The notes: generated by a model not told the origin, from the sequence alone. DNA of 64,000 bases from Candidatus Levyibacteriota bacterium (GCA_029260905.1 JAJDCH010000003.1:1553-65552); one strand, 5' to 3'. Counted from the stretch's first letter, positions 20,398-30,401 are shown. A program made the numbers and translations.

Positions 20398-20799
20398 ATG
20401 GAAATAAGAGCAATTGCAAAAAATATAAGAGTAAGTCCAAGGAAAGTTCGTTTAATAGCGGATGCTATAAGGAATTTGTCCATTGAAAAGGCGTTTATTG
20501 TTTTGTCAACAAATCAAAAAAGGGCAGCAGATCCCTTGAAGAAAACGCTTGAATCAGCAATAGCTAATGCTGTGAACAATAAGCAGATTGATAGAAATAA
20601 TCTTGTAATAGAAAGTATTCTCGTGGATGAGGGTCAGGCATTGAAAAGGTTTCATCCATCATCGCGCGGAAGGGTACATCCATACAAGAAAAAAAGTAGT
20701 CATATAGCTATAGTTTTGAAGGAAAAGCTTGGAAAAGTTTTAGCAACAGAAGTTAAGGCAGTTAATAAAAAAGAAGAAGAGAAAGGAGAAGAAAAATAA
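20398..20799 (+). CDS. rplV: 50S ribosomal protein L22.
   Basis: It is conserved in sequence and in operon position. Confidence 0.93.
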   Translation: MEIRAIAKNIRVSPRKVRLIADAIRNLSIEKAFIVLSTNQKRAADPLKKTLESAIANAVNNKQIDRNNLVIESILVDEGQALKRFHPSSRGRVHPYKKKSSHIAIVLKEKLGKVLATEVKAVNKKEEEKGEEK

Positions 20800-21443
20800 T
20801 GGGACAAAAAGTAAACCCACATGTAATAAGATTAAATAAGGTTCATACCTGGTCAAGCAGGTGGTTTAATGAGAAGCAATATAAAGAAACATTGATTCAG
20901 GATTTCAAACTTAGAAAAATGCTAATGGAAAAATTGAAGGGAGCTGGAGTGGCAGGAGTTGAGATTGAAAGATCGATTAATAGTCTTAGAATTGTGATTC
21001 ACGTATCTCGTCCTGGTATTGTGATTGGAAGAGGTGGATCAGGACTTGAAGAACTCAAAAAATCAATTGCAAAGTTGTTTGTAGGCGCAGAGAGTAAATT
21101 GAATCCAAAGTTGGATATAAGAGTTGAGCCTGTTAAAGAGCCAAATCTTGATGCGCATCTTGTAGCTGTAAGCGTTGCTGACCAGTTGATTAGAAGACTT
21201 CCGTTTAAGAGGGTTCTTGGGGCAACGGCAGAGCGAGTAATGAATGCAGGGGCTTTGGGTGTAAAAATCATGTTGTCTGGAAGAATTGCAGGATCTGAGA
21301 TTGCAAGAGTTGAAAAGGTTCATGTGGGTACGGTTCCACTGTCAACAATAAGAGCAAATATTCAATACGAATCATTGCCAGCTTTAACAAAGAAAGGTTA
21401 TATCGGAGTAAAGGTTTGGATAAACAAGTCAGAAGAAAAATAG
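20799..21443 (+). CDS. rpsC: 30S ribosomal protein S3.
   Basis: The sequence reads MGQKVNPHVIRL with a KH domain. Confidence 0.96.
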   Translation: MGQKVNPHVIRLNKVHTWSSRWFNEKQYKETLIQDFKLRKMLMEKLKGAGVAGVEIERSINSLRIVIHVSRPGIVIGRGGSGLEELKKSIAKLFVGAESKLNPKLDIRVEPVKEPNLDAHLVAVSVADQLIRRLPFKRVLGATAERVMNAGALGVKIMLSGRIAGSEIARVEKVHVGTVPLSTIRANIQYESLPALTKKGYIGVKVWINKSEEK

Positions 21444-21504
21444 CGATTAGCTATTAGCCGTCAGCTATCTGACTGTTAAAAGCTGAAAGCAGAAAACTAA
21501 TATT

Positions 21505-21912
21505 ATGTTAACGCCAAAAAGACAAAAATATAGAAAACAGATGAGGGGGAAAATGAAGGGAAATTCTCTTAGAGGCTCAAGGCTTTCATTTGGAGATTTT
21601 GGACTTATGAGTATGGGAACAGGCTGGGTGAGTTCTCGTCAAATTGAAGCAGCAAGACGTGCGATTACTCATTATACCCAAAGAGGTGGTAGAATCTGGA
21701 TTAGGATTTTTCCTGATAAACCAGTTAGCAAGAAACCGCCAGAGGTAAGAATGGGAGGCGGAAAGGGTGATACAGCTGAGTTTGTCGCACCTGTAAGACC
21801 TGGAAGAATAATGTATGAGATGTCAGGTGTTACATCTGAAATTGCAAAAGAAGCATTAAGACTTGCATCACATAAGTTGCCAGTTAAAACAAGATTTGTA
21901 GAAAGAGGATAA
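21505..21912 (+). CDS. rplP: 50S ribosomal protein L16.
   Basis: The sequence reads [15 protein letters not shown]. Confidence 0.96.
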   Translation: MLTPKRQKYRKQMRGKMKGNSLRGSRLSFGDFGLMSMGTGWVSSRQIEAARRAITHYTQRGGRIWIRIFPDKPVSKKPPEVRMGGGKGDTAEFVAPVRPGRIMYEMSGVTSEIAKEALRLASHKLPVKTRFVERG

Positions 21913-21915
21913 TTT

Positions 21916-22149
21916 ATGAAAACTAACGAAAAGAAAGAATTAAGAGCAAAAACAAAGACTGAACTTGAAAAAGGATTGAAAGATGCCAATAATGATTTGA
22001 GAAAAATGAAGCTTGAACATCAACAGGCAAAACTAAAAAATACAAGTTCTATTACAAATCAGAGAAAAAGAATCGCTGTGATAAAATCAATCCTTAAAGA
22101 AAAATCAGTCATTGATGAAGTTTCAGTGGACAAGGGGGGAGGGAAATAG
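21916..22149 (+). CDS. rpmC: 50S ribosomal protein L29.
   Basis: It is a small coiled-coil protein at the expected operon position. Confidence 0.88.
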   Translation: MKTNEKKELRAKTKTELEKGLKDANNDLRKMKLEHQQAKLKNTSSITNQRKRIAVIKSILKEKSVIDEVSVDKGGGK

Positions 22150-22150
22150 T

Positions 22151-22393
22151 ATGGCAAAAGTATTAACAGGAATAATAATTTCAACAAAAATGAAAGGAAC
22201 AGTTATAGTTGAGGTGACAAGACGAGTTCCTCATGTGCTTTACAAAAAGCTTCTCAAAAAGAGCAAGAAGTATAAGGTAGACACAAACGGAAAAGAAGTT
22301 GTTGTTGGTCAGGAAGTAAAGATAGAAGAAATAAAACCAATGTCAAAAGAAAAATATTTCAAAATTATTGAAGTAAAAGGAGGAAAGAAGTAG
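22151..22393 (+). CDS. rpsQ: 30S ribosomal protein S17.
   Basis: The sequence reads MAKVLTGIIISTKMKGTVIV. The listed ORF is extended upstream. Confidence 0.93.
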   Translation: MAKVLTGIIISTKMKGTVIVEVTRRVPHVLYKKLLKKSKKYKVDTNGKEVVVGQEVKIEEIKPMSKEKYFKIIEVKGGKK

Positions 22394-22476
22394 TTGATCT
22401 AATTTCTAATTAATCTAATTGACTTAAGAAGTCATTTAGAAATTAGAATCATTAGAGCAATTATAAATTTTAAGAT

Positions 22477-22851
22477 ATGATTCAACAGAGAAGTATACTA
22501 AATGCAGCAGATAACTCGGGTGCTAAAAAATTGGTAGTCATTCAGGTGTATGGTGGATCGAAAAGAAAATTCGGAAGAATTGGAGATGTGATTCATTGCG
22601 TAGCCAAAGAAGCTGTTCCAAATGGTCAGGTCAAGGACAGTGAAATGGTTAAAGCAGTTATTGTCAGAACTAAAAAAGAATTCAGAAGAAAAGATGGATC
22701 ATATATAAGATTTTCTGATAATGCAGCAGTTGTTATCGATAACCAAAAAGATAAAAACGTCAGGGGTACACGTATTTTTGGTCCAATAGCAAGGGAAGTA
22801 AGAGATAGAGGATATTTAAAAATTGCTAGTATGGCAGTAGAGGTTTTATAA
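22477..22851 (+). CDS. rplN: 50S ribosomal protein L14.
   Basis: The sequence reads [18 protein letters not shown]. Confidence 0.97.
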   Translation: MIQQRSILNAADNSGAKKLVVIQVYGGSKRKFGRIGDVIHCVAKEAVPNGQVKDSEMVKAVIVRTKKEFRRKDGSYIRFSDNAAVVIDNQKDKNVRGTRIFGPIAREVRDRGYLKIASMAVEVL

Positions 22852-22855
22852 AATT

Positions 22856-23161
22856 ATGAAATTACTAAAAGGAGATACAGTTAATGTTTTAAGAGGAAAG
22901 GATTCAGGAAAAACTGGAAAGGTGGAAAGGGTTTTTTCAAAAACAGGAAAAGTCGTTGTTGAAGGTGTTAATCAATATAAAAGACACGTTAAGGGGAGAA
23001 TGCCTGGACAGAAATCAGAAATAATTACTCTCACAAAGCCTATGTCTGCAGCAAACGTTGTCTTGGTTTGTCCAAAATGTAAAAAAGCAACAAGAGTTGG
23101 CTATAAAGTATTAAAAGGAGATAAGACAAGGGTTTGTAAGAAATGCAAAAAGGAAATATAA
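22856..23161 (+). CDS. rplX: 50S ribosomal protein L24, with a C-terminal CxxC...CxxC zinc-ribbon-like tail.
   Basis: It has a KOW motif, then CPKCKKATRVGYKVLKGDKTRVCKKCKKEI. Confidence 0.92.
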   Translation: MKLLKGDTVNVLRGKDSGKTGKVERVFSKTGKVVVEGVNQYKRHVKGRMPGQKSEIITLTKPMSAANVVLVCPKCKKATRVGYKVLKGDKTRVCKKCKKEI

Positions 23162-23163
23162 TT

Positions 23164-23706
23164 ATGAATTTAAAAGAAAAATACAACAAAGAAATAGTTA
23201 AAAAAATTCAGGAAAAACTGAAGATTAAGAATCTAATGAGTGTTCCTGTTGTCAAAAAAATCGTAATAAACATGGGTGTTAAGGACGCTGTTGCTGATAA
23301 AAAAAGCGTTGAGAAGATGGCTGAGATTATGGCTGTTATTACTGGGCAAAAAGCGAAAGTCACAAAAGCAAAAAAGGCTATTGCAAGTTTTAAGCTAAGA
23401 ATAGGTGATCCAATTGGGCTTGTTGTGACACTCAGGGGAAAAAGAATGTACGAATTTTATGACAAACTAGTAAAAATTGTTTTGCCTCGTGTTAAGGATT
23501 TTAGAGGGGTTGGAAGAAATAGTTTTGATGGTCAGGGAAACTATACTTTGGGGCTTTCTGAATATTCAGTATTTCCTGAGATTGATCCTGGATCTGTTGA
23601 GAAACTTCAGGGGCTCGAGATCGTAATTGTTACAAGCGCAAAAGATAAAGAAGAGTCTTATGTTCTTCTTGAAGAGATGGGAATGCCTTTTGCAAAAGAA
23701 AAATAA
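23164..23706 (+). CDS. rplE: 50S ribosomal protein L5.
   Basis: The sequence reads MNLKEKYNKEIV. The listed ORF is extended upstream. Confidence 0.95.
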   Translation: MNLKEKYNKEIVKKIQEKLKIKNLMSVPVVKKIVINMGVKDAVADKKSVEKMAEIMAVITGQKAKVTKAKKAIASFKLRIGDPIGLVVTLRGKRMYEFYDKLVKIVLPRVKDFRGVGRNSFDGQGNYTLGLSEYSVFPEIDPGSVEKLQGLEIVIVTSAKDKEESYVLLEEMGMPFAKEK

Positions 23707-23750
23707 GCACACTAGGCACAAAATTGTGGTATAATTATTAATCTAAAAAT

Positions 23751-23936
23751 ATGGCTAAAAAATCAAGCATAGTTAAGTTTTTAAAAAAGCAGAAATTCAC
23801 AGTACGTGATGTAAATCGTTGTGCTATTTGTGGCAGAACAAGAGCTTATATGAGAAGGTTTGGACTATGTAGAATTTGTTTTAGAGAAAGAGCACTGAAA
23901 GGAGAATTGCCTGGAGTATTAAAGGCGAGCTGGTAA
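23751..23936 (+). CDS. rpsN: 30S ribosomal protein S14 type Z (zinc-binding).
   Basis: The ORF is 61 aa and carries CAICGR...CRIC. Confidence 0.95.
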   Translation: MAKKSSIVKFLKKQKFTVRDVNRCAICGRTRAYMRRFGLCRICFRERALKGELPGVLKASW

Positions 23937-23940
23937 ATAT

Positions 23941-24321
23941 ATGTATATAGATTTTGTTATTCAATTAAAAAATGCGGCACTTGCAAGGAAAAAGTTGGTT
24001 ACGACTAATTTTGCAAACCTTGATAAGGCTATTTCAAAAGTTCTCGTTAAAGAGGGTTTTTTAGATTCAGTAACTGATGAAAAATTAGGAACTCAAAAAA
24101 TGCTTACTGCTAAGCTTAGATATCACAGGAGAAGACCTGTTATAACAGGAGTTGAGCTTGTTTCAAAGCCATCACTTAGAGTTTATGTGGAGTCAAAAGA
24201 TATTGCAAAAAAGCAAGGTGGATCATCAATTGCAGTTATATCAACAAATCAAGGAGTAATGACAGGAAAGGAGGCAGTTAAAAAAGGCGTAGGCGGTGAA
24301 ATGTTATTCAAGATCTGGTAA
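23941..24321 (+). CDS. rpsH: 30S ribosomal protein S8.
   Basis: It is conserved in sequence and in operon position. Confidence 0.93.
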   Translation: MYIDFVIQLKNAALARKKLVTTNFANLDKAISKVLVKEGFLDSVTDEKLGTQKMLTAKLRYHRRRPVITGVELVSKPSLRVYVESKDIAKKQGGSSIAVISTNQGVMTGKEAVKKGVGGEMLFKIW

Positions 24322-24424
24322 ACAGTTTTTGTATATGTATTTTCAATACGTCAAATATTAAAGGTTAAAATTAAATAGTAGAAATTTTTAATTCTTTTAT
24401 ATTTTATTTTTTATTTATTACCTT

Positions 24425-24979
24425 ATGTCAAAAATAGGAAAAATGCCAATTGTAATTCCTGAAGGTGTAAATGTATCAGTCCAGGGAAAAGATGTAAGTA
24501 TTACTGGCGCAAAGGGAAATACTATCTATATTGTAAACAATGGTGTAGATGTGGTAGTTGAAGAAGGTAAGATAGTGGTGAGTGCAAAAAAACAAGATGT
24601 TGATAAAAAGATAAGAGCGCTTTTTGGTTTGACCCGTGCAAATCTAGCAAATATTGTAAAAGGAGTTAGTATAGGATTTGAGAAAAAACTTGAGATGGTT
24701 GGTGTTGGTTATCGTGCGCAAGTTCAGGGTGCTGATTTGGTTCTGTCTCTTGGATTTGCACATCCTGTTAAGTTTAGTCAAGTTCAGGGAATTACTTTTT
24801 CGGTTGATGAAAACAAAATTACAATATCTGGTACAGATAAGGTCTTGGTGGGAGAGATGGCAGCAAGGATAAGAGCTACCAAGCCGCCAGAGCCTTATAA
24901 AGGAAAAGGAATAAAATATGTAGGTGAGAGAATAAGGAGAAAAGCAGGTAAGGCTGCAAAAGCAGCAGGCGCAAAGTAA
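24425..24979 (+). CDS. rplF: 50S ribosomal protein L6.
   Basis: The sequence reads SKIGKMPIVIPEGV. Confidence 0.95.
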   Translation: MSKIGKMPIVIPEGVNVSVQGKDVSITGAKGNTIYIVNNGVDVVVEEGKIVVSAKKQDVDKKIRALFGLTRANLANIVKGVSIGFEKKLEMVGVGYRAQVQGADLVLSLGFAHPVKFSQVQGITFSVDENKITISGTDKVLVGEMAARIRATKPPEPYKGKGIKYVGERIRRKAGKAAKAAGAK

Positions 24980-25017
24980 TGGTTGGTAATTAGAGAATTA
25001 ATTAGTTAATTATAAAT

Positions 25018-25362
25018 ATGAAAAATATATTATCAAAAATTCAAAGACAGACAAGAATACGTAAGAAAGCTGGCAACGTATCTGAAAGACCAAGACTTAG
25101 TGTTTTTAGATCAAATAAATATATATATGCGCAAATTATAGATAAAAAAGGCGATACTATCTTAGGTGTTACGGAAAAACAGTTAGACTTGAAAGAGAAA
25201 TCAACTCCTACTGAGAAGGCAAAGAAATTAGGAGCTGAGATTGCAAAGAAGGCACTTTCTAAAAAAATAAGTGAGGTAGCCTTTGATAAAGGAAGATTTT
25301 CATACCATGGACGGATAAAAGCTGTTGCAGAGGGAGCAAGAGAAGGGGGGCTTAAGTTTTAA
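25018..25362 (+). CDS. rplR: 50S ribosomal protein L18.
   Basis: It is conserved in sequence and in operon position. Confidence 0.92.
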   Translation: MKNILSKIQRQTRIRKKAGNVSERPRLSVFRSNKYIYAQIIDKKGDTILGVTEKQLDLKEKSTPTEKAKKLGAEIAKKALSKKISEVAFDKGRFSYHGRIKAVAEGAREGGLKF

Positions 25363-25369
25363 TTTTAAT

Positions 25370-25906
25370 ATGAACGGACAAAATCAAAATCAGAATAGAA
25401 ATAATAATCAAGGCAGAGGACAATTTGTTAGAACTCCAAGTGAATTTGATGAGCAGGTTGTTCAAATCAGCAGAGTTTCTAAAAAAACAAAAGGTGGAAA
25501 TAAGGTTGGATTCTCAGCTCTAACTGTAGTTGGAGATAAAAAAGGCAAAGTCGGAGTAGGTCTAGGGAAAGCTCCTGACGTAGCAGGTGCGATAAGAAAA
25601 GGAATGAGTCATTCAAAAAAGAACATGATTCAGGTGCCAATCGTTAATGGAACAATTCCATTTAGAATTGATATCAAATTAGGGGCAGCAAAAATAATGT
25701 TGAAACCTGCTCCTCAGGGATCAGGTGTTATTGCGGGTGGTGCCGTTCGTGCTGTTGTTGAGGCATGCGGAATTGAGAACATATCATCAAAAATTCTTGG
25801 AACCAATAATAAAATCAGCAATATATATGCAACCGTTGAGGCATTAAAAAGAATTTCAGAAAAAGCTGGCAGAGAAAAAGCAAGAAAGGAAACAAAAGAA
25901 AAATGA
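25370..25906 (+). CDS. rpsE: 30S ribosomal protein S5, with an N/Q-rich N-terminal low-complexity tract.
   Basis: MNGQNQNQNRNNNQGRG precedes the core VSKKTKGGNKVGFSALTVVGDKKGKVGVG. Confidence 0.93.
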   Translation: MNGQNQNQNRNNNQGRGQFVRTPSEFDEQVVQISRVSKKTKGGNKVGFSALTVVGDKKGKVGVGLGKAPDVAGAIRKGMSHSKKNMIQVPIVNGTIPFRIDIKLGAAKIMLKPAPQGSGVIAGGAVRAVVEACGIENISSKILGTNNKISNIYATVEALKRISEKAGREKARKETKEK

Positions 25907-26343
25907 ATTTGTCAGATCTTACAAAAATAAAATCAAAGAGTAAAAAAAGAGCGGGGCTTGGGCATGGATCAGGTCGTGGAAAGACAGCGGGTCGTGGTAT
26001 GAAAGGACAGAAATCAAGGAGTAAGGTTCCGCTTGATTTTGAAGGGGGAGCACTACCTCTTATTAAAAGACTTCCATTTCTTCGTGGAAAAGGTCGCAAC
26101 AAGGCTTTAAAGCTGAAAAAACTTGTAATAAATATTGGCGCTTTGAATATTTTTTCAAAAAACGCTACAGTTGATATAGAGACGCTTATTGGCAAGAAGT
26201 TGATTGATCCGGAGCTGGCAAAAAAATCTGGAGTAAAAGTTTTGGGTGATGGAGATTTGAACATACCTCTTAATGTTAAACTTCCTGTTTCTAAAGGTGC
26301 TGAAAAGAAAATAAAAAAAGCTGGTGGTAGCGTAATTGCATGA
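25903..26343 (+). CDS. rplO: 50S ribosomal protein L15.
   Basis: The sequence reads MNLSDLTKIKSKSKKRAGLGHGSGRGKTAGRG. Confidence 0.95.
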   Translation: MNLSDLTKIKSKSKKRAGLGHGSGRGKTAGRGMKGQKSRSKVPLDFEGGALPLIKRLPFLRGKGRNKALKLKKLVINIGALNIFSKNATVDIETLIGKKLIDPELAKKSGVKVLGDGDLNIPLNVKLPVSKGAEKKIKKAGGSVIA

Positions 26344-27623
26344 ATTTTTTAGAAACCCTCAAGAAAAGCATTAAATCTCCTGATTTAAGGAAGAAAATCG
26401 TATTTACTTTTGGTATTTTCATTGTTTTTAGATTTTTGGCACACGTTCCAGTGGGTGGGGTTAATACTGTTGCTCTCAAAAATCTTTTTGCGGGAAATCA
26501 ATTCCTAGGACTTCTAAATATTTTTTCAGGTGGGACATTGGCCAATTTTTCAATAATGGCGCTTGGTCTTGGTCCTTATATTAATGCAAGCATCATTATG
26601 CAGCTTCTAACCATGGTTTTCCCTAAGCTTGAAGAATTGCAGCAGGAGGGTCCATCTGGACAGAGAAAAATCAATCAATACACAAGAGTTTTATCAATAC
26701 CGCTTAGCGTGCTTCAATCAATTGGTATGTATGCGCTTTTAAGATCTCAGGGAATAATAGATGTGTTGAGTCCGCTTTCATTTATATCATTTGCCTTAAC
26801 CATGACTGCAGGTACTATTTTTCTTGTTTGGCTTGGGGAGTTGATAACAGAGCGGGGTGTTGGACAGGGAATATCTATTCTTATTTTTGCAGGAATCATC
26901 GGGCAACTTCCCGTTGTGGCTGTTCAGACATTCTCAACAATTACACCTGAGACATTATTTAATATGCTGACATTTGTTGTTTTGGGTCTTCTTGTTATCT
27001 CCTCAATTATTGTTGTGACAGAGGCAACTCGAAAAATTCAGGTACATTATGCAAGACGTGTAAGAGGAAATAAGATGCAGGGGGGGGACTCAACCCATCT
27101 TCCTTTGAGACTTAATCAAGCCGGTGTTATACCGATTATTTTTGCTGTTTCAATAGTTCTCATGCCATCGCTTATTGCCAACTTTATGCTTAGTTCAAAA
27201 AATCCTGATTTGGTTGTGATAGCCCAAAACATAAATACCTGGTTTGCTCCAACTGGTATTTTTTACAACATATTTTATTTTCTACTTGTTGTTGCTTTTA
27301 CTTTCTTTTATACGGCAATTGTTTTTAATCCTGCAAAGATCTCAGAACAGATTCAAAAGCATGGAGGATTTATCCCTGGAGTAAGACCGGGTACGCCAAC
27401 TACAAAATATCTAAATTATATTTTAACAAGAATTACTTTGGTTGGGGCATCATTCTTGGGTCTTGTGGCTATACTTCCTGAAGTCGCAAGGTCATTAACA
27501 GGTGTTCAAACACTTCTTCTTGGTGGAACCAGTATACTTATTGTTGTGAGTGTTGTTCTTGAAGTATTTAAAAATATAGAATCAAACCTCGTGATGCGAA
27601 ATTACGAAGCCTTCCTAAAATAA
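26340..27623 (+). CDS. secY: Preprotein translocase subunit SecY.
   Basis: It has 10 TM segments and a conserved SecY core at the expected operon position. Confidence 0.96.
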   Translation: MNFLETLKKSIKSPDLRKKIVFTFGIFIVFRFLAHVPVGGVNTVALKNLFAGNQFLGLLNIFSGGTLANFSIMALGLGPYINASIIMQLLTMVFPKLEELQQEGPSGQRKINQYTRVLSIPLSVLQSIGMYALLRSQGIIDVLSPLSFISFALTMTAGTIFLVWLGELITERGVGQGISILIFAGIIGQLPVVAVQTFSTITPETLFNMLTFVVLGLLVISSIIVVTEATRKIQVHYARRVRGNKMQGGDSTHLPLRLNQAGVIPIIFAVSIVLMPSLIANFMLSSKNPDLVVIAQNINTWFAPTGIFYNIFYFLLVVAFTFFYTAIVFNPAKISEQIQKHGGFIPGVRPGTPTTKYLNYILTRITLVGASFLGLVAILPEVARSLTGVQTLLLGGTSILIVVSVVLEVFKNIESNLVMRNYEAFLK

Positions 27624-27625
27624 TT

Positions 27626-28174
27626 ATGAAATTAGTATTACTTGGAATTCAAGGATCAGGAAAATCAACTCAGGGAAGTCTTTTAAGCAGTAGTTTTACT
27701 ATACCCTATATATCAACAGGTAATATTTTTAGGGAAATTGCAAAGGAAAAAACAAAGCTTGGACGGGAAATAAAAGAGGTTATGAATGCAGGCTTCCTAA
27801 TCCCTGATGAAAAGACAATTGAAGTAGTCAATGATTATCTAAAACGATCTGAGTATGCAGATGGATATATTATAGATGGATTCCCAAGAACATTGGTTCA
27901 AGCTGAGGCATTTGTAGATGGAGCTGACAAGGTTATCTATCTTGAATTGTCAGATAAAGAGGCTTTGAGACGAATCTCAAAAAGAAATGATATGCGTGAT
28001 GATGAAACACCAGACGCAATAAAAAAAAGAATTGAGTCATTTCATAAATTCACAAAACCCGTTCTTAAGTATTATGAGAAAAAAAATCAGTTAATAAGGG
28101 TTGATGGATCAGAAGCAGTCGAGAAGATATTTGATCAGATCAAGCAAAGACTTGAAAGCAAAAGGTCATTATGA
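27626..28174 (+). CDS. adk: Adenylate kinase (short form without a zinc LID).
   Basis: It has a P-loop LVLLGIQGSGKSTQG. Confidence 0.93.
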   Translation: MKLVLLGIQGSGKSTQGSLLSSSFTIPYISTGNIFREIAKEKTKLGREIKEVMNAGFLIPDEKTIEVVNDYLKRSEYADGYIIDGFPRTLVQAEAFVDGADKVIYLELSDKEALRRISKRNDMRDDETPDAIKKRIESFHKFTKPVLKYYEKKNQLIRVDGSEAVEKIFDQIKQRLESKRSL

Positions 28175-28863
28175 GAGATACGCTTGTAATCGCAATTGAT
28201 GGACCAGTCGCCTCAGGTAAAGGAACAATAGCAAAAAAACTTTCTGAAAAGATTAATGGGCTACGTATTTACACAGGAGTGATGTATAGATGTGTTGCCT
28301 TAAGGTGTAAGAAAGAAAGAATAGATTTGAAAAATGAAGAAAAAGTGGTTGAAAAATCAGAAAAACTGGATATTGTTTTTGATGACGAAAAGATTTTTTT
28401 GGATGGAGAAGATGTTGCAGATAAAATAAAAGAGTCAGATATTGCAGAGGGGGCTGCGATAGTAGCTAAATACAAAGGTGTTCGAGAGGGCTTGGTTTCT
28501 AAGCAAAAAGAAATGGTAAGAGATTTGTCAGCAAGGGGTAGTAATGTTGTGCTGGAGGGAAGAGATACAGGAACAGTTATTTTTCCAGATGCAGATCTTA
28601 AAATTTTTTTAACAGCAGATAAAGAAATAAGAGCAAAAAGAAGACTTGAGCAATATGAAAGTCAAGGGAGACATACAGACCTAGGTGCGGTATTAAAAGA
28701 AATAAATGATAGAGATTTGATGGATAGCACTAGGCTTGTTAGTCCACTCTCTGAGAATCCGGAGAAGGATGGATATTTTATACTTGATAATTCAGGTCTT
28801 GATGAAGAGGAGACAGTTGGAGTTATTATGGATGAGCTGAAAAGGAGAAATTTAAATGATTAA
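28171..28863 (+). CDS. cmk: Cytidylate kinase.
   Basis: The sequence reads IAIDGPVASGKGTIAKKLS. Confidence 0.85.
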   Translation: MRDTLVIAIDGPVASGKGTIAKKLSEKINGLRIYTGVMYRCVALRCKKERIDLKNEEKVVEKSEKLDIVFDDEKIFLDGEDVADKIKESDIAEGAAIVAKYKGVREGLVSKQKEMVRDLSARGSNVVLEGRDTGTVIFPDADLKIFLTADKEIRAKRRLEQYESQGRHTDLGAVLKEINDRDLMDSTRLVSPLSENPEKDGYFILDNSGLDEEETVGVIMDELKRRNLND

Positions 28864-29629
28864 TATAAAAACAGAAAAAGAGATAAAGTACATGAAAAAA
28901 GGCGGGCATATTCTGCATGAGGTCTTGATGGAAGTGATGAGGGCGATAAAGCCAGGGGTTACTGAGCTTGAGATTGACAAATTGGCAGAAAAGCTAATCA
29001 GAGAAAAAGGCGGAGAGCCTGGGTTTAAAAAAGTAAAAGGATATGATTATTCTGTCTGCATGTCAACCAATGATGTGGTTGTTCATGGGATTCCTGGAAA
29101 TTATGTATTTAAAGAGGGTGATGTAGTTGGTGTTGATTGCGGAGTTTTTTATGAAGGGTTGCACACGGATATGGCGGAGACGATCATTGTTCCAGCGCAA
29201 AAAGCAAAAAGCAAAAAGCAAAAAGATAATATCGATAAGTTTTTGGCAGTTGGGAGTGAGGCACTTGATGCAGGAATTGCAGAGGCTGTTATTGGTAAGA
29301 GAATAGGTCACATTGGCCGAACGATTCAGGATATTGTTGAGAAACAAAACGGATATTCGATTGTCAGGAGTCTTATCGGGCATGGTGTGGGACATGAGCT
29401 TCACGAAGAGCCTGAAGTTCCTGGCTATCTGATAGGAAGGGTTGAAGACACGCCAAAAATACGAGAAGGAATGACAATAGCAGTAGAGGTAATTTATAAT
29501 ATGGGTAAAAAAAGTGTGAGTCTTGATAAAGATGGATGGACTATCAGAACATCAGATGGCACACTAGCAGGTCTTTTTGAGAGAAGTATTTTGATAACAA
29601 AAGAGGGTCCTATTTTGCTCACAGTTTGA
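28856..29629 (+). CDS. map: Methionine aminopeptidase type I.
   Basis: It has the pita-bread fold with metal ligands GHGVGHELHE. Confidence 0.93.
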   Translation: MINIKTEKEIKYMKKGGHILHEVLMEVMRAIKPGVTELEIDKLAEKLIREKGGEPGFKKVKGYDYSVCMSTNDVVVHGIPGNYVFKEGDVVGVDCGVFYEGLHTDMAETIIVPAQKAKSKKQKDNIDKFLAVGSEALDAGIAEAVIGKRIGHIGRTIQDIVEKQNGYSIVRSLIGHGVGHELHEEPEVPGYLIGRVEDTPKIREGMTIAVEVIYNMGKKSVSLDKDGWTIRTSDGTLAGLFERSILITKEGPILLTV

Positions 29630-29666
29630 TATTGCTCTTTTGAGGCTGGTTTGGTATAATGCTTGA

Positions 29667-29885
29667 ATGGCTCATCAGGGCTCGTTTGAAATTGATGGAA
29701 AAGTACTTGAAGCTCTGCCCAACACGCTGTTCAGAGTAGAACTTGATGATGGAAATATCGTCCTTTGTCATTTGTCTGGTAAGATGCGGATTCACTTTAT
29801 TAAGATCTTGCCTGGCGATCGGGTTAAGATCGAGATGACTCCTTATGATCAAAGCAAAGGTAGAATAATGTTTAGATATAAATAA
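29667..29885 (+). CDS. infA: Translation initiation factor IF-1.
   Basis: It is a 72 aa S1-like protein. Confidence 0.93.
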   Translation: MAHQGSFEIDGKVLEALPNTLFRVELDDGNIVLCHLSGKMRIHFIKILPGDRVKIEMTPYDQSKGRIMFRYK

Positions 29886-29887
29886 TT

Positions 29888-30001
29888 ATGAAAGTTCAGG
29901 CAAGTGTTAAGAAAAGATGTAAAAAATGCAAACTCATAAAAAGAAGAGGAGTTTTGTATGTTACTTGTGAGAATGCAAGACATAAGCAGAGACAAGGATA
30001 A
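29888..30001 (+). CDS. rpmJ: 50S ribosomal protein L36.
   Basis: The 37 aa product [37 protein letters not shown] has a zinc ribbon. It is absent from the ORF track because it is shorter than 60 aa. Confidence 0.95.
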   Translation: MKVQASVKKRCKKCKLIKRRGVLYVTCENARHKQRQG

Positions 30002-30004
30002 TTT

Positions 30005-30400
30005 ATGAGAATTTTAGGAGTAAATTTACCAGAAGAAAAAAGAATTGATATAGCAATTACTTACATTTATGGAGTAGGAAGAAGTACGGCAGGCCCTATC
30101 CTTAAAAGAGCAGAAGTTGATGCAGCAACACGTGCAAAAAATCTGACCGAAGATGAGGTAAAAAGAATTATAAAAATTCTTGAAGAACAAAAGCTTGAGG
30201 GGGATCTAAGAGCAGAAATAAACGGAAACATCAGAAGACTCAAAGACATGAATGCATATAGAGGAATAAGGCACAATCGGGGTCTTCCAGGAAGGGGTCA
30301 GAGAACAAGATCAAATGCTAGAACAAAAAGAGGAAAAAGAGTTACAATTGGTGCGATAAAAAAAGAGGTAGCAGCAAAGATGGAGGCAGCAAAGAAATAA
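30005..30400 (+). CDS. rpsM: 30S ribosomal protein S13.
   Basis: The sequence reads MRILGVNLPEEKRIDIAITYIYGVGRSTA. Confidence 0.96.
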   Translation: MRILGVNLPEEKRIDIAITYIYGVGRSTAGPILKRAEVDAATRAKNLTEDEVKRIIKILEEQKLEGDLRAEINGNIRRLKDMNAYRGIRHNRGLPGRGQRTRSNARTKRGKRVTIGAIKKEVAAKMEAAKK

Positions 30401-30401
30401 T

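Noticed and set aside
22394-22476. Imperfect palindrome (AATTGACTT-aag-AAGTCATTT) between rpsQ and rplN.
   Set aside because: It could be a weak stem-loop, but it is AT-rich, imperfect, and has no T-run. Evidence is insufficient to call it a regulator.
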